Source: Eledone cirrhosa (taxonomy: Eukaryota). Taken from it: DNA of 64,000 bases. Position 1 is the stretch's first letter, and each line of letters opens with the position of its first letter. Below, one piece after another: positions 12,701 to 27,877 of this stretch. The stretch spans positions 6,448,001 to 6,512,000 of the forward strand of contig OZ024740.1 in the NCBI GenBank assembly GCA_964016885.1, in the 5' to 3' direction. The position numbers and the translations under genes are program-made. The notes below the pieces were generated by a model. The model made no database searches and was not told the origin of the DNA. It worked only from the letters and a program-made list of their open reading frames with translations.

Positions 12701-15700
12701 AGCACCCAGCACACACTGTAAAGTGGTCGTGTGGGTATCATGACAAAAAGCACCCAGCACACACTGTAAAGTGGTTGTGTGGGTGTCATGACAAAAAGCA
12801 CCGAGCACACACTGTAAAGTGTTCGTGTGGGTGTCATGACAAAAAGCACCCAGCACACACTGTAAAGTGGTTGTGTGGGTGTCATGACAAAAATCACCCA
12901 GCACACACTGTAAAGTGGTCGTGTGGGTGTCATGACAAAAAACACACAACACACACTGTAAAGTTGTTGTGTGGGTATCATGACAAAAAGCACCCTGCAC
13001 ACACTGTAAAGTGGTCGTGTGGGTGTCATGACAAAAAGCACCCAGCACACACTGTAAAGTGGTTGAGTGGGTGTCATGACAAAAAGCACCCAGCACACAC
13101 TGTAAAGTGGTCGTGTGGGTGTCATGAGAAAAAGCACACAACACACACTGTAAAGTGGTTGTGTGGGTATCATGACAAAAAGCACCCAGTTCTCACTGTA
13201 AAATGGTTCTGTGGGTATCATGACAAAAAGCACCCAGCAAACACACTGTAAAGTGGTCGTGTGGGTGTCATGACAAAAAGCACCCAGCACACACTGTAAA
13301 GTGGTTGTGTTGGTGTCATGACAAAAAGCACCCAGCACACACTGTAAAGTGGTTGTGTGGGTATCATGACAAAAAGCACCCAGCACACACTGTAAAGTGG
13401 TCGTGTGGGTATCATGACAAAAAGCACCCAGCACACACTGTAAAGTGGTTGTGTGGGTGTCATGGCAAAAAGCACCCAGCACACACTGTAAAGTGGTCGT
13501 GTGGGTGTCATGACAAAAAGCACCCAGCACACACTGTAAAGTGGTTGTGTGGGTGTCATGACAAAAAGCACCCAGCACACACTGTAAAGTGGTCGTGTGG
13601 GTGTCATGACAAAAAGCACCCAGCACACACTGTAAAGTGGTTGTGTGGGTATCATGACAAAAAGCACCCAGCACACACTGTAAAGTGGTTGTGTGGGTAT
13701 CATGACAAAAAGCACCCAGTTCTCACTGTAAAATGGTTCTGTGGGTATCATGACAAAAAGCACCCAGCACACACTGTGAAGTGGTCGTGTGGGTGACATG
13801 ACAAAAAGCACACAACACACACTGTAAAGTGGTTGTGTGGGTATCATGACAAAAAGCACCCAGTTCTCACTGTAAAATGGTTCTGTGGGTATCATGACAA
13901 AAAGCACCCAGCACACACTGTAAAGTGGTTGTGTGGGTATCATGACAAAAAGCACCCAGCACACACTGTAAAGTGGTCGTGTGGGTATCATGACAAAAAG
14001 CACCCAGCACACACTGTAAAGTGGTTGTGTGGGTGTCATGACAAAAAGCACCCAGCACACACTGTAAAGTGGTCGTGTGGGTGTCATGACAAAAAGCACC
14101 CAGCACACACTGTAAAGTGGTTGTGTGGGTGTCATGACAAAAAGCACCCAGCACACACTGTAAAGTTGTCGTGTGGGTGTCATGACAAAAAGCACACAAC
14201 ACACACTGTAAAGTGGTTGTGTGGGTATCATGACAAAAAGCACCCAGCACACACTGTAAAGTGGTTGTGTGGGTATCATGACAAAAAGCACCCAGTTCTC
14301 ACTGTAAAATGGTTCTGTGGGTATCATGACAAAAAGCACCCAGCACACACTGTAAAGTGGTTGTGTGGGTGTCATGACAAAAAGCACCCAGCACACACTG
14401 TAAAGTGGTTGTGTGGGTGTCATGACAAAAAGCACCCAGCACACACTGTAAAGTGGTCGTGTGGGTGTCATGACAAAAAGCACCCAGCACACACTGTAAA
14501 GTGTTTGTGTGGGTGTCATGACAAAAAGCACCCAGCACACACTGTAAAGTGGTCGTGTGGGAGTCATGACAAAAAGCACCCAGCACACACTGTAAAGTGT
14601 TTGTGTGGGTGTCATGACAAAAAGCACCCAGCACACACTGTAAAGTGGTCGTGTGGGTGTCATGACAAAAAGCACCCAGCACACACTGTAAAGTGGTTGT
14701 GTGGGTGTCATGACAAAAAGCACCCAGCACACACTGTAAAGTGGTTGTGTGGGTGTCATAACAAAAAGCACCCAGCACACACTGTAATGTGGTTGTGTGG
14801 GTGTCATAACAAAAAGCACCCAGCACACACTGTAAAGTGGTTGTGTGGGTGTCATGACAAAAAGCACCCAGCACACACTGTAAAGTGGTCGTGTGGGTGT
14901 CATGACAAAAAGCACCCAGCACACACTGTAAAGTGGTCGTGTGGGTGTCATGACAAAAAGCACCCAGCACACACTGTAAAGTGGTCGTGTGGGTGTCATG
15001 ACAAAAAGCACCCAGCACAGACTGTAAAGTGGTCGTGTGGGTGTCATGACAAAAAGCACCCAGCACACACTGTAAAGTGGTTGTGTGGGTGTCATGACAA
15101 AAAGCACCCAGCACACACTGTAAAGTGGTTTTGTGGGTGTCATGACAAAAAGCACCCAGTTCTCACGGTAAAATGGTTGTGTGGGTATCATGACAAAAAG
15201 CACCCAGCACACACTGTAAAGTGGTCGTGTGGGTGTCATGACAAAAAGCACCCAGCACACACTGTAAAGTGGTCGTGTGGGTGTCATGACAAAAAGCACC
15301 CAGCACACACTGTAAAGTGGTTGTGTGGGTGTCATGACAAAAAGCACCCAGCACACACTGTAAATAGGCTGTGTGGGTGTCATAACAAAAAGCACCCAGC
15401 ACACACTGTAATGTGGTTGTGTGGGTATCATAACAAAAAGCACCCAGCACACACTGTAAAGTGGTCGTGTGGGTGTCATAACAAAAAGCACCCAGCACAC
15501 ACTGTAAAGTGGTTGTGTGGGTGTCATGACAAAAAGCACCCAGCACACACTGTAAAGTGGTCGTGTGGGTGTCATAACAAAAAGCACACAACACACACTG
15601 TAAAGTGGTTGTGTGGGTATCATGACAAAAAGCACCCAGTTCTCACTGTAAAATGGTTCTGTGGGTATCATGACAAAAAGCACCCAGCACACACTGTAAA

Positions 15701-18700
15701 GTGGTCGTGTGGGTGTCATGACAAAAAGCACCCAGCACACACTGTAAAGTGGTTGTGTGGGTGTCATGACAAAAAGCACCCAGCACACACTGTAAAGTGG
15801 TTGTGTGGGTATCATGACAAAAAGCACCCAGTTCTCACTGTAAAATGGTTCTGTGGATATCATGACAAAAAGCACCCAGCACACACTGTAAAGTGGTCGT
15901 GTGGGTGTCATGACAAAAAGCACCCAGCACACACTGTAAAGTGTTCGTGTGGGTGTCATGACAAAAAGCACCCAGCACACACTGTAAAGTGGTTGTGTGG
16001 GTATCATGACAAAAAGCACCCAGCACACACTGTAAAGTGGTTGTGTGGGTGTCATGACAAAAAGCACCCAGCACACACTGTAAAGTGGTCGTGTGGGTGT
16101 CATGACAAAAAGCACCCAGCACACACTGTAAAGTGGCTGTGTGGGTGTCATAACAAAAAGCACCCAGCACACACTGTAATGTGGTTGTGTGGGTATCATA
16201 ACAAAAAGCACCCAGCACACACTGTAAAGTGGTCGTGTGGGTGTCATAACAAAAAGCACCCAGCACACACTGTAAAGTGGTTGTGTGGGTTTCATGACAA
16301 AAAGCACCCAGCACACACTGTAAAGTGGTCGTGTGGGTGTCATAACAAAAAGCACACAACACACGCTGTAAAGTGGTTGTGTGGGTATCATGACAAAAAG
16401 CACCCAGTTCTCACTGTAAAATGGTTCTGTGGGTATCATGACAAAAAGCACCCAGCACACACTGTAAAGTGGTCGTGTCGGTGTCATGACAAAAAGCACC
16501 CAGCACACACTGTAAAGTGGTTGTGTGGGTGTCATGACAAAAAGCACCCAGCACACACTGTAAAGTGGTTGTGTTGGTATCATGACAAAAAGCACCCAGC
16601 ACACACTGTAAAGTGGTCGTGTGGGTATCATGACAAAAAGCACCCAGCACACACTGTAAAGTGGTTGTGTGGGTGTCATGACAAAAACCACCCAGCACAC
16701 ACTGTAAAGTGGTCGTGTGGGTGTCATGACAAAAAGCACCCAGCACACACTGTAAAGTGGTTGTGTGGGTGTCATGACAAAAAGCACCCAGCACACACTG
16801 TAAAGTGGTCGTGGCGGTGTCATGACAAAAAGCACACAACACACACTGTAAAGTCGTTGTGTGGGTATCATGACAAAAAGCACCCAGTTCTCACTGTAAA
16901 ATGGTTCTGTGGGTATCATGACAAAAAGCACCCAGCACACACTGTAAAGTGGTCGTGTGGGTGGCATGACAAAAAGCACCCAGCACACACTGTAAAGTGG
17001 TTGTGTGGGTGTCATGACAAAAAGCACCCAGCACACACTGTAAAGTGGTTGTGTGGGTATCATGACAAAAAGCACCCAGCACACACTGTAAAGTGGTCGT
17101 GTGGGTATCATAACAAAAAGCACCCAGCACACACTGTAAAGTGGTCGTGGCGGTGTCATGACAAAAAGCACCCAGCACACACTGTAAAGTGTTCGTGTGG
17201 GTGTCATGACAAAAAGCACCCAGCACACACTGTAAAGTGGTTGTGTGGGTGTCATGACAAAAAGCACCCAGCACACACTGTAAAGTGGTCGTGTGGGTGT
17301 CATGACAAAAAGCACACAACACACACTGTAAAGTGGTTGTGTGGGTATCATGACAAAAAGCACCCTGCACACACTGTAAAGTGGTCGTGTGGGTGTCATG
17401 ACAAAAAGCACCCAGCACACACTGTAAAGTGGTTGAGTGGGTGTCATGACAAAAAGCACCCAGCACACACTGTAAAGTGGTCGTGTGGGTGTCATGAGAA
17501 AAAGCACACAACACACACTGTAAAGTGGTTGTGTGGGTATCATGACAAAAAGCACCCAGTTCTCACTGTAAAATGGTTCTGTGGGTATCATGACAAAAAA
17601 CACCCAGCAAACACACTGTAAAGTGGTCGTGTGGGTGTCATGACAAAAAGCACCCAGCACACACTGTAAAGTGGTTGTGTTGGTGTCATGACAAAAAGCA
17701 CCCAGCACACACTGTAAAGTGGTTGTGTGGGTATCATGACAAAAAGCACCCAGCACACACTGTAAAGTGGTCGTGTGGGTATCATGACAAAAAGCACCCA
17801 GCACACACTGTAAAGTGGTTGTGTGGGTGTCATGACAAAAAGCACCCAGCACACACTGTAAAGTGGTCGTGTGGGTGTCATGACAAAAAGCACCCAGCAC
17901 ACACTGTAAAGTGGTTGTGTGGGTGTCATTACAAAAAGCACCCAGCACACACTGTAAAGTGGTCGTGTGGGTGTCATGACAAAAAGCACCCAGCACACAC
18001 TGTAAAGTGGTTGTGTGGGTATCATGACAAAAAGCACCCAGCACACACTGTAAAGTGGTTGTGTGGGTATCATGACAAAAAGCACCCAGTTCTCACTGTA
18101 AAATGGTTCTGTGGGTATCATGACAAAAAGCACCCAGCACACACTGTGAAGTGGTCGTGTGGGTGACATGACAAAAAGCACACAACACACACTGTAAAGT
18201 GGTTGTGTGGGTATCATGACAAAAAGCACCCAGTTCTCACTGTAAAATGGTTCTGTGGGTATCATGACAAAAAGCACCCAGCACACACTGTAAAGTGGTC
18301 GTGTGGGTGTCATGACAAAAAGCACCCAGCACACACTGTAAAGTGGTTGTGTGGGTGTCATGACAAAAAGCACCCAGCACACACTGTAAAGTGGTTGTGT
18401 GGGTATCATGACAAAAAGCACCCAGCACACACTGTAAAGTGGTCGTGTGGGTATCATGACAAAAAGCACCCAGCACACACTGTAAAGTGGTTGTGTGGGT
18501 GTCATGACAAAAAGCACCCAGCACACACTGTAAAGTGGTCGTGTGGGTGTCATGACAAAAAGCACCCAGCACACACTGTAAAGTGGTTGTGTGGGTGTCA
18601 TGACAAAAAGCACCCAGCACACACTGTAAAGTTGTCGTGTGGGTGTCATGACAAAAAGCACACAACACACACTGTAAAGTGGTTGTGTGGGTATCATGAC

Positions 18701-21700
18701 AAAAAGCACCCAGCACACACTGTAAAGTGGTTGTGTGGGTATCATGACAAAAAGCACCCAGTTCTCACTGTAAAATGGTTCTGTGGGTATCATGACAAAA
18801 AGCACCCAGCACACACTGTAAAGTGGTTGTGTGGGTGTCATGACAAAAAGCACCCAGCACACACTGTAAAGTGGTTGTGTGGGTGTCATGACAAAAAGCA
18901 CCCAGCACACACTGTAAAGTGGTCGTGTGGGTGTCATGACAAAAAGCACCCAGCACACACTGTAAAGTGGTTGTGTGGGTGTCATGACAAAAAGCACCCA
19001 GCACACACTGTAAAGTGGTCGTGTGGGTGTCATGACAAAAAGCACCCAGCACACACTGTAAAGTGTTTGTGTGGGTGTCATGACAAAAAGCACCCAGCAC
19101 ACACTGTAAAGTGGTCGTGTGGGTGTCATGACAAAAAGCACCCAGCACACACTGTAAAGTGGTTGTGTGGGTGTCATGACAAAAAGCACCCAGCACACAC
19201 TGTAAAGTGGTTGTGTGGGTGTCATAACAAAAAGCACCCAGCACACACTGTAATGTGGTTGTGTGGGTGTCATAACAAAAAGCACCCAGCACACACTGTA
19301 AAGTGGTTGTGTGGGTGTCATGACAAAAAGCACCCAGCACACACTGTAAAGTGGTCGTGTGGGTGTCATGACAAAAAGCACCCAGCACACACTGTAAAGT
19401 GGTCGTGTGGGTGTCATGACAAAAAGCACCCAGCACACACTGTAAAGTGGTTGTGTGGGTGTCATTACAAAAAGCACCCAGCACACACTGTAAAGTGGTC
19501 GTGTGGGTGTCATGACAAAAAGCACCCAGCACACACTGTAAAGTGGTTGTGTGGGTATCATGACAAAAAGCACCCAGCACACACTGTAAAGTGGTTGTGT
19601 GGGTATCATGACAAAAAGCACCCAGTTCTCACTGTAAAATGGTTCTGTGGGTATCATGACAAAAAGCACCCAGCACACACTGTGAAGTGGTCGTGTGGGT
19701 GACATGACAAAAAGCACACAACACACACTGTAAAGTGGTTGTGTGGGTATCATGACAAAAAGCACCCAGTTCTCACTGTAAAATGGTTCTGTGGGTATCA
19801 TGACAAAAAGCACCCAGCACACACTGTAAAGTGGTCGTGTGGGTGTCATGACAAAAAGCACCCAGCACACACTGTAAAGTGGTTGTGTGGGTGTCATGAC
19901 AAAAAGCACCCAGCACACACTGTAAAGTGGTTGTGTGGGTATCATGACAAAAAGCACCCAGCACACACTGTAAAGTGGTCGTGTGGGTATCATGACAAAA
20001 AGCACCCAGCACACACTGTAAAGTGGTTGTGTGGGTGTCATGACAAAAAGCACCCAGCACACACTGTAAAGTGGTCGTGTGGGTGTCATGACAAAAAGCA
20101 CCCAGCACACACTGTAAAGTGGTTGTGTGGGTGTCATGACAAAAAGCACCCAGCACACACTGTAAAGTTGTCGTGTGGGTGTCATGACAAAAAGCACACA
20201 ACACACACTGTAAAGTGGTTGTGTGGGTATCATGACAAAAAGCACCCAGCACACACTGTAAAGTGGTTGTGTGGGTATCATGACAAAAAGCACCCAGTTC
20301 TCACTGTAAAATGGTTCTGTGGGTATCATGACAAAAAGCACCCAGCACACACTGTAAAGTGGTTGTGTGGGTGTCATGACAAAAAGCACCCAGCACACAC
20401 TGTAAAGTGGTTGTGTGGGTGTCATGACAAAAAGCACCCAGCACACACTGTAAAGTGGTCGTGTGGGTGTCATGACAAAAAGCACCCAGCACACACTGTA
20501 AAGTGGTTGTGTGGGTGTCATGACAAAAAGCACCCAGCACACACTGTAAAGTGGTCGTGTGGGTGTCATGACAAAAAGCACCCAGCACACACTGTAAAGT
20601 GTTTGTGTGGGTGTCATGACAAAAAGCACCCAGCACACACTGTAAAGTGGTCGTGTGGGTGTCATGACAAAAAGCACCCAGCACACACTGTAAAGTGGTT
20701 GTGTGGGTGTCATGACAAAAAGCACCCAGCACACACTGTAAAGTGGTTGTGTGGGTGTCATAACAAAAAGCACCCAGCACACACTGTAATGTGGTTGTGT
20801 GGGTGTCATAACAAAAAGCACCCAGCACACACTGTAAAGTGGTTGTGTGGGTGTCATGACAAAAAGCACCCAGCACACACTGTAAAGTGGTCGTGTGGGT
20901 GTCATGACAAAAAGCACCCAGCACACACTGTAAAGTGGTCGTGTGGGTGTCATGACAAAAAGCACCCAGCACACACTGTAAAGTGGTTGTGTGGGTGTCA
21001 TAACAAAAAGCACCCAGCACACACTGTAAAGTGGTTGTGTGGGTGTCATGACAAAAAGCACCCAGTTCTCACTGTAAAATGGTTGTGTGGGTGTCATGCA
21101 AAAAGCACCCAGCACACACTGTAAAGTGGTCGTGTGGGTGTCATGACAAAAAGCACCCAGCACACACTGTAAAGTGGTTTTGTGGGTGTCATGACAAAAA
21201 GCACCCAGTTCTCACGGTAAAATGGTTGTGTGGGTATCATGACAAAAAGCACCCAGCACACACTGTAAAGTGGTCGTGTGGGTGTCATGACAAAAAGCAC
21301 CCAGCACACACTGTAAAGTGGTCGTGTGGGTGTCATGACAAAAAGCACCCAGCACACACTGTAAAGTGGTCGTGTGGGTGTCATGACAAAAAGCACCCAG
21401 CACACACTGTAAAGTGGTTGTGTGGGTGTCATGACAAAAAGCACCCAGCACACACTGTAAAGTGGCTGTGTGGGTGTCATAACAAAAAGCACCCAGCACA
21501 CACTGTAATGTGGTTGTGTGGGTATCATAACAAAAAGCACCCAGCACACACTGTAAAGTGGTCGTGTGGGTGTCATAACAAAAAGCACGCAGCACACACT
21601 GTAAAGTGGTTGTGTGGGTGTCATGACAAAAAGCACCCAGCACACACTGTAAAGTGGTCGTGTGGGTGTCATAACAAAAAGCACACAACACACACTGTAA

Positions 21701-24700
21701 AGTGGTTGTGTGGGTATCATGACAAAAAGCACCCAGTTCTCACTGTAAAATGGTTCTGTGGGTATCATGACAAAAAGCACCCAGCACACACTGTAAAGTG
21801 GTCGTGTGGGTGTCATGACAAAAAGCACCCAGCACACACTGTAAAGTGGTTGTGTGGGTGTCATGACAAAAAGCACCCAGCACAAACTGTAAAGTGGTTG
21901 TGTGGGTATCATGACAAAAAGCACCCAGTTCTCACTGTAAAATGGTTCTGTGGATATCATGACAAAAAGCACCCAGCACACACTGTAAAGTGGTCGTGTG
22001 GGTGTCATGACAAAAAGCACCCAGCACACACTGTAAAGTGTTCGTGTGGGTGTCATGACAAAAAGCACCCAGCACACACTGTAAAGTGGTTGTGTGGGTA
22101 TCATGACAAAAAGCACCCAGCACACACTGTAAAGTGGTCGTGTGGGTATCATGACAAAAAGCACCCAGCACACACTGTAAAGTGGTTGTGTGGGTGTCAT
22201 GACAAAAAGCACCCAGCACACACTGTAAAGTGGTTGTGTGGGTGTCATGACAAAAAGCACCCAGCACACACTGTAAAGTGGTCGTGTGGGTGTCATGACA
22301 AAAAGCACACAACACACACTGTAAAGTGGTTGTGTAGGTATCATGACAAAAAGCACCCTGCACACACTGTAAAGTGGTTGTGTGGGTATCATGACAAAAA
22401 GCACCCAGTTCTCACTGTAAAATGGTTCTGTCGGTATCATGACAAAAAGCACCCAGCACACACTGTAAAGTGGTTGTGTGGGTGTCATGACAAAAAGCAC
22501 CCAGCACACACTGTAAAGTGGTTGTGTGGGTGTCATGACAAAAAGCACCCAGCACACACTGTAAAGTGGTCGTGTGGGTGTCATGACAAAAAGCACCCAG
22601 CACACACTGTAAAGTGGTTGAGTGGGTGTCATGACAAAAAGCACCCAGCACACACTGTAAAGTGGTCGTGTGGGTGTCATGAGAAAAAGCACCCAGCACA
22701 CACTGTAAAGTGGTTTTGTGGGTGTCATGACAAAAAGCAGCCAGTTCTCACGGTAAAATGGTTGTGTGGGTATCATGACAAAAATCACCCAGCACACACT
22801 GTAAAGTGGTCGTGTGGGTGTCATGACAAAAAGCACCCAGCACACACTGTAAAGTGGTCGTGTGGGTGTCATGACAAAAAGCACCCAGCACACACTGTAA
22901 AGTGGTCGTGTGGGTGTCATGACAAAAAGCACCCAGCACACACTGTAAAGTGGTCGTGTGGGTGTCATGACAAAAAGCACCCAGCACACACTGTAAAGTG
23001 GCTGTGTGGGTGTCATAACAAAAAGCACCCAGCACACACTGTAATGTGGTTGTGTGGGTATCATGACAAAAAGCACCCAGTTCTCACTGTAAAATGGTTC
23101 TGTGGGTATCATGACAAAAAGCACCCAGCACACACTGTAAAGTGGTCGTGTGGGTGTCATGACAAAAAGCACCCAGCACACACTGTAAAGTGGTTGTGTG
23201 GGTGTCATGACAAAAAGCACCCAGCACACACTGTAAAGTGGTTGTGTGGGTATCATGACAAAAAGCACCCAGTTCTCACTGTAAAATGGTTCTGTGGATA
23301 TCATGACAAAAAGCACCCAGCACACACTGTAAAGTGGTCGTGTGGGTGTCATGACAAAAAGCACCCAGCACACACTGTAAAGTGTTCGTGTGGGTGTCAT
23401 GACAAAAAGCACCCAGCACACACTGTAAAGTGGTTGTGTGGGTATCATGACAAAAAGCACCCAGCACACACTGTAAAGTGGTCGTGTGGGTATCATGACA
23501 AAAAGCACCCAGCACACACTGTAAAGTGGTTGTGTGGGTGTCATGACAAAAAGCACCCAGCACACACTGTAAAGTGTTCGTGTGGGTGTCATGACAAAAA
23601 GCACCCAGCACACACTGTAAAGTGGTTGTGTGGGTGTCATGACAAAAAGCACCCAGCACACACTGTAAAGTGGTCGTGTGGGTGTCATGACAAAAAGCAC
23701 ACAACACACACTGTAAAGTGGTTGTGTGGGTATCATGACAAAAAGCACCCTGCACACACTGTAAAGTGGTTGTGTGGGTATCATGACAAAAAGCACCCAG
23801 TTCTCACTGTAAAATGGTTCTGTCGGTATCATGACAAAAAGCACCCAGCACACACTGTAAAGTGGTTGTGTGGGTGTCATGACAAAAAGCACCCAGCACA
23901 CACTGTAAAGTGGTTGTGTGGGTGTCATGACAAAAAGCACCCAGCACACACTGTAAAGTGGTCGTGTGGGTGTCATGACAAAAAGCACCCAGCACACACT
24001 GTAAAGTGGTTGAGTGGGTGTCATGACAAAAAGCACCCAGCACACACTGTAAAGTGGTCGTGTGGGTGTCATGAGAAAAAGCACACAACACACACTGTAA
24101 AGTGGTTGTGTGGGTATCATGACAAAAAGCACCCAGTTCTCACTGTAAAATGGTTCTGTGGGTATCATGACAAAAAGCACCCAGCAAACACACTGTAAAG
24201 TGGTCGTGTGGGTGTCATGACAAAAAGCACCCAGCACACACTGTAAAGTGGTTGTGTTGGTGTCATGACAAAAAGCACCCAGCACACACTGTAAAGTGGT
24301 TGTGTGAGTATCATGACAAAAAGCACCCAGCACACACTGTAAAGTGGTCGTGTGGGTATCATGACAAAAAGCACCCAGCACACACTGTAAAGTGGTTGTG
24401 TGGGTGTCATGACAAAAAGCACCCAGCACACACTGTAAAGTGGTCGTGTGGGTGTCATGACAAAAAGCACCCAGCACACACTGTAAAGTGGTTGTGTGGG
24501 TGTCATGACAAAAAGCACCCAGCACACACTGTAAAGTGGTCGTGTGGGTGTCATGACAAAAAGCACCCAGCACACACTGTAAAGTGGTTGTGTGGGTATC
24601 ATGACAAAAAGCACCCAGCACACACTGTAAAGTGGTAGTGTGGGTATCATGACAAAAAGCACCCAGTTCTCACTGTAAAATGGTTCTGTGGGTATCATGA

Positions 24701-27460
24701 CAAAAAGCACCCAGCACACACTGTAAAGTGGTCGTGTGGGTGACATGACAAAAAGCACACAACACACACTGTAAAGTGGTTGTGTGGGTATCATGACAAA
24801 AAGCACCCAGTTCTCACTGTAAAATGGTTCTGTGGGTATCATGACAAAAAGCACCCAGCACACACTGTAAAGTGGTCGTGTGGGTGTCATGACAAAAAGC
24901 ACCCAGCACACACTGTAAAGTGGTTGTGTGGGTGTCATGACAAAAAGCACCCAGCACACACTGTAAAGTGGTTGTGTGGGTATCATGACAAAAAGCACCC
25001 AGCACACACTATAAAGTGGTCGTGTGGGTATCATGACAAAAAGCACCCAGCACACACTGTAAAGTGGTTGTGTGGGTGTCATGACAAAAAGCACCCAGCA
25101 CACACTGTAAAGTGGTCGTGTGGGTGTCATGACAAAAAGCACCCAGCACACACTGTAAAGTGGTTGTGTGGGTGTCATGACAAAAAGCACCCAGCACACA
25201 CTGTAAAGTTGTCGTGTGGGTGTCATGACAAAAAGCACACAACACACACTGTAAAGTGGTTGTGTGGGTATCATGACAAAAAGCACCCAGCACACACTGT
25301 AAAGTGGTTGTGTGGGTATCATGACAAAAAGCACCCAGTTCTCACTGTAAAATGGTTCTGTGGGTATCATGACAAAAAGCACCCAGCACACACTGTAAAG
25401 TGGTTGTGTGGGTGTCATGACAAAAAGCACCCAGCACACACTGTAAAGTGGTTGTGTGGGTGTCATGACAAAAAGCACCCAGCACACACTGTAAAGTGGT
25501 CGTGTGGGTGTCATGACAAAAAGCACCCAGCACACACTGTAAAGTGTTTGTGTGGGTGTCATGACAAAAAGCACCCAGCACACACTGTAAAGTGGTCGTG
25601 TGGGTGTCATGACAAAAAGCACCCAGCACACACTGTAAAGTGGTTGTGTGGGTGTCATGACAAAAAGCACCCAGCACACACTGTAAAGTGGTTGTGTGGG
25701 TATCATGACAAAAAGCACCCAGCACACACTGTAAAGTGGTCGTGTGGGTATCATGACAAAAAGCACCCAGCACACACTGTAAAGTGGTTGTGTGGGTGTC
25801 ATGACAAAAAGCACCCAGCACACACTGTAAAGTGGTTGTGTGGGTATCATGACAAAAAGCACCCAGCACACACTGTAAAGTGGTCGTGTGGGTATCATGA
25901 CAAAAAGCACCCAGCACACACTGTAAAGTGGTCGTGTGGGTGTCATGACAAAAAGCACCCAGCACACACTGTAAAGTGGTTGTGTGGGTGTCATGACAAA
26001 AAGCACCCAGCACACACTGTAAAGTGGTTGTGTGGGTATCATGACAAAAAGCACACAACACACACTGTAAAGTGGTTGTGTGGGTGTCATGACAAAAAGC
26101 ACCCAGCACACACTATAATGTGGTTGTGTGGGTGTCATAACAAAAAGCACCCAGCACACACTGTAAAGTGGTTGTGTGGGTATCATGACAAAAAGCACCC
26201 AGCACACACTGTAAAGTGGTCGTGTGTGTATCATGACAAAAAGCACCCAGCACACACTGTAAAGTGGTTGTGTGGGTATCATTACAAAAAGCACCCAGCA
26301 CACACTGTAAAGTGGTTGTGTGGGTGTCATGACAAAAAGCACCCAGCACACACTGTAAAGTGGTCGTGTGGGTGTCATGACAAAAAGCACCCAGCACACA
26401 CTGTAAAGTGGTTGTGTGGGTGTCATGACAAAAAGCACCCAGCACACACTGTAAAGTGGTCGTGTGGGTGTCATGACAAAAAGCACCCAGCACACACTGT
26501 AAAGTGGTTGTGTGGGTGTCATGACAAAAAGCACCCAGCACACACTGTAAAGTGGTTGTGTGGGTATCATGACAAAAAGCACCCAGCACACACTGTAAAG
26601 TGGTCGTGTGGGTATCATGACAAAAAGCACCCAGCACACACTGTAAAGTGGTCGTGTGGGTGTCATGACAAAAAGCACCCAGCACACACTGTAAAGTGGT
26701 TGTGTGGGTGTCATGACAAAAAGCACCCAGCACACACTGTAAAGTGGTTGTGTGGGTATCATGACAAAAAGCACACAACACACACTGTAAAGTGGTTGTG
26801 TGGGTGTCATGACAAAAAGCACCCAGCACACACTATAATGTGGTTGTGTGGGTGTCATAACAAAAAGCACCCAGCACACACTGTAAAGTGGTTGTGTGGG
26901 TATCATGACAAAAAGCACCCAGCACACACTGTAAAGTGGTCGTGTGTGTATCATGACAAAAAGCACCCAGCACACACTGTAAAGTGGTTGTGTGGGTATC
27001 ATGACAAAAAGCACCCAGCACACACTGTAAAGTGGTTGTGTGGGTGTCATGACAAAAAGCACCCAGCACACACTGTAAAGTGGTCGTGTGGGTGTCATGA
27101 CAAAAAGCACCCAGCACACACTGTAAAGTGGTTGTGTGGGTGTCATGACAAAAAGCACCCAGCACACACTGTAAAGTGGTCGTGTGGGTGTCATGACAAA
27201 GAGCACCCAGCACACACTGTAACGTGGTCGTGTGGGTATCATGACAAAAAGCACCCAGCACACACTGTAAAGTGGTTGTGTGGGTGTCATGACAAAAAGC
27301 ACCCACTCCACACTGTAAAGTGGTTGTGTGGGTGTCATAACAAAAAGCACCCGACACACACTGTAAAATGGTTTGTGGGTGTCATGACAAAAAGCACCCA
27401 CTCCACACTGTAAAGTGGTTGTGTGGGCATCATGACAAAAAGCACCAGCACACACTGTAA
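6749..27460 (+). repeat. 48-bp satellite (~430 copies) derived from an RTE-family 3'UTR unit
   Basis: Consensus cacccagcacacactgtaaagtggtYgtgtgggtRtcatgacaaaaag; runs directly into an RTE 3'UTR and (GAT)n tail at 27460-27621. Confidence 0.98.
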
Positions 27461-27621
27461 ATGTGGTTGGCATTAGGAAAGGTATCCAGCCATAGAAAAC
27501 TAGCCAAAAGCAGTTCTATATAAGCAAGGCATGGTCACCTGACCCAACTTGACTCTAATGGGACAAACTCCCTAACTCCTGCTAGCGTGGAAAATGGATG
27601 TTAAACGATGATGATGATGAT
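27440..27621 (+). mobile_element. RTE-family 3'UTR and (GAT)n tail terminating the satellite
   Basis: ctgtaaatgtggttggcattaggaaaggtatccagccatagaaaac...gctagcgtggaaaatggatgttaaacgatgatgatg, homologous to 32565-32738, 46585-46757 and 48805-48975(-). Confidence 0.88.
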
Positions 27622-27877
27622 ATATCTAGGACTACATTAACCAATGAATCTTTCAAGTTGGGGATGCCTCTATGACATTGCTCAACTTGCTAAATACAGT
27701 AACCAAATCCCACTTAACTCCTACCAAATCTTAACAATGGTTTGTCATTGATTAAATATTATAGTTGTTCTTGTTTTTGTTTAACCCCAGAACTGTCCAG
27801 ATTCAGCAAATCTGTAATCAAAGGAATTCCAGCCATGACCAACCAATCATTATCTAATATTATCTGTCCATATTTAA

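Noticed and set aside
6739-27473. Very long ORFs (up to 1608 aa; CGCHDKKHPAHTVKW repeats resembling metal- or heme-binding motifs)
   Set aside because: The 48-bp period is a multiple of 3 and lacks stops in three frames; frames break at indels; the unit derives from a retroelement UTR.
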